Source: Mobula birostris (Eukaryota). Taken from it: a DNA stretch of 64,000 nucleotides. The notes beneath the pieces are model-generated. The model ran no database searches. It was not told the DNA's origin and saw nothing but the letters and a program-made list of their open reading frames with translations. Shown here one piece after another: positions 62,400 to 64,000 of the stretch. A program made the translations under genes and the position numbers. The stretch is from the NCBI RefSeq assembly GCF_030028105.1, contig NC_092379.1, forward strand, positions 27,583,821-27,647,820. Direction: 5' to 3'. Each line of letters begins with the position of its first letter. The first letter of the stretch is position 1.

Positions 62400-63720
62400 C
62401 AATGCAGTTAATAGTGGAATATTTCACCACTCAGTTACACCGACAGAAAGGCAGATTTATATATGTCTCTCCGTGTGAGACTTGGAAATTTCGGTAGACC
62501 AGCAGGTTACAAGATAACCAAATCTGTACCAGATGCTTCGACTTGCAACACCTCAGGCAATGTGATAAGGGAATGGAGCTTGATATTGGGGACGCCAATG
62601 GGACATTGTGTATATGAAAGATATGAGCTACAGGGAGGGAAGCAATATGTGACTATCAGGAGAAAGAAACGGCACAGGATGAGAAGGCAGAGAACTCTTG
62701 TGGACGTTCTCCTCAATAATAATATACCACATTCGATAATGTAAAAGGGATAAATTACCACCAGCGGGGATGCTTCATTGGCAATCCTTGTGGCGCTGTG
62801 GCGCTACAGCTCAGACAAAAAGAGAGGAAAAGGCTGCAGTATTGATAGATAATAACAATTTATTGCAAAAGTTAACGAGGTGCTGTGGACCCGACAGTTA
62901 TATTCAGCAGTCTTCATCCATATTCGCAGCATTGATACAGGCACTAAATGTGACAAGGTCTTGGAAAGAGATATCAGGGCGCTAGGTAGAGAGCTGAAAA
63001 AGCAATAACTCTGAGTAGTAACCTTGGGATTGCTGCCTGTGTCATGCGTCAGTGCAGGCAACAAAACGGTGATTTGACAAAGAAATGCATGCATGACGTA
63101 TTTGTGCCGCGGTAAGGAGTTGAAACTTATGCATCATTATGATCCAGAAAATCAAATTTTAAAAAAGGGTCGAGGTAGCTTTTAGCTCATCGGAAATGGT
63201 GACCTGCACAAAAGGGAGAGGACGCACCTGAACACGTGAGGCAGGGCAATATCCTTGCGGGCAAGTTCCTACAGCTGTTCGGAAGAGTTAAAAATAGTTT
63301 AGAACTGGGATGGGAACAGGAGTGTTAGTTCTGAGGAGAGATAGTTGCCAACAGAGGTAGTGTGCAGTGAAGCTATTAACAAAGGAGAGGCTAGTGATCA
63401 GATAACTATCCGTAAATGGAGTGAGCTGCAATGTTAAATTGAAATCAAATCGAATAGGCTGCTTAATTGAGCAATGAAGGCGTTATATTTAAATGCACAC
63501 TGTATATGGAAGGAAGTAGATGAACTCGTAACGCGGTCTCAGATTGGCATGCATGAAGTTGTGCTCATCACTGAGCAGTAACTGAAAGATGATGAAAGCC
63601 TGGGGATTAACATACAAGGATGCACATTGCATTGAAAGGATAAACAGGTAGGCAGTGGAGCTCGGCTGGTTTGGACGGCTAAGTAAGTAAGTTAGTAAGC
63701 ATCTTGATAAACAGAAGTAA

Positions 63721-63751
<31 letters not shown>

Positions 63752-64000
63752 GCAAATAAGCAAATAAAAATAGCGAAACACATTAAAATATAGCACTATC
63801 TGACTATATATTGGACCACTAGAAAATGACGTTGGAGAAGATGGAGCTCTAACTGGGAAAGCATTATTTAAAAAGTCCAAAAAAAGTAGTGATTTGGAAA
63901 ATCTGATAGGAATACTAAGGCAGTCTCTATTCAAAGAGAGTAAGAGGGTATAGAAGGAGCGGTTAAGACCATTCATTAATAAAGCGGGGAAATATGTACT
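62400..64000 (+). mobile_element. Heavily decayed CR1 (ORF1 esterase and endonuclease remnants), runs off the window
   Basis: VTIRRKK..TLVDVLLNNN, VITLGLLPVSCVSAG, GDLHKRERTHLN and LYLNAHCIWKEVDEL remnants. Confidence 0.7.

Overview
Eukaryotic, repeat-rich vertebrate DNA; the repeat families and the GPCR type suggest a cartilaginous fish (inference). The left end is part of a T-cell receptor V array, most likely TCR alpha/delta. It holds one intact-ORF two-exon V segment (178-670) with a perfect TCR-V promoter decamer, a 23-RSS and an unusual Trp41->Leu, and one V pseudogene (7977-8407) broken by a single TAA inside the YYC motif. A two-exon, intact 322-aa class A GPCR of the GPR139/142-like type lies on the minus strand (exon 1 54772-54841, exon 2 41606-42504, 12,267-nt intron). 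The rest is mostly layered transposons: many CR1 LINEs, a decayed near-full-length L1/Tx1-type LINE with a nested Rex1/Babar element, a chromodomain-bearing Gypsy LTR retrotransposon, three related LTR-like elements with minisatellites, a composite hAT MITE, a tRNA-derived SINE and several Penelope-like elements (PLEs). The PLE terminal repeats contain minimal type-I hammerhead ribozyme motifs (six copies, two fully intact), and two PLE insertions form fold-back hairpins with target-site duplications. A diverged duplicated block about 31 kb apart (30.5-33.1 kb vs 61.5-64 kb) is also visible. I found no J, D or C segments, rRNA, bona fide tRNA or CRISPR array. All calls are by eye, with no database searches; TE boundaries are approximate unless termini are quoted.
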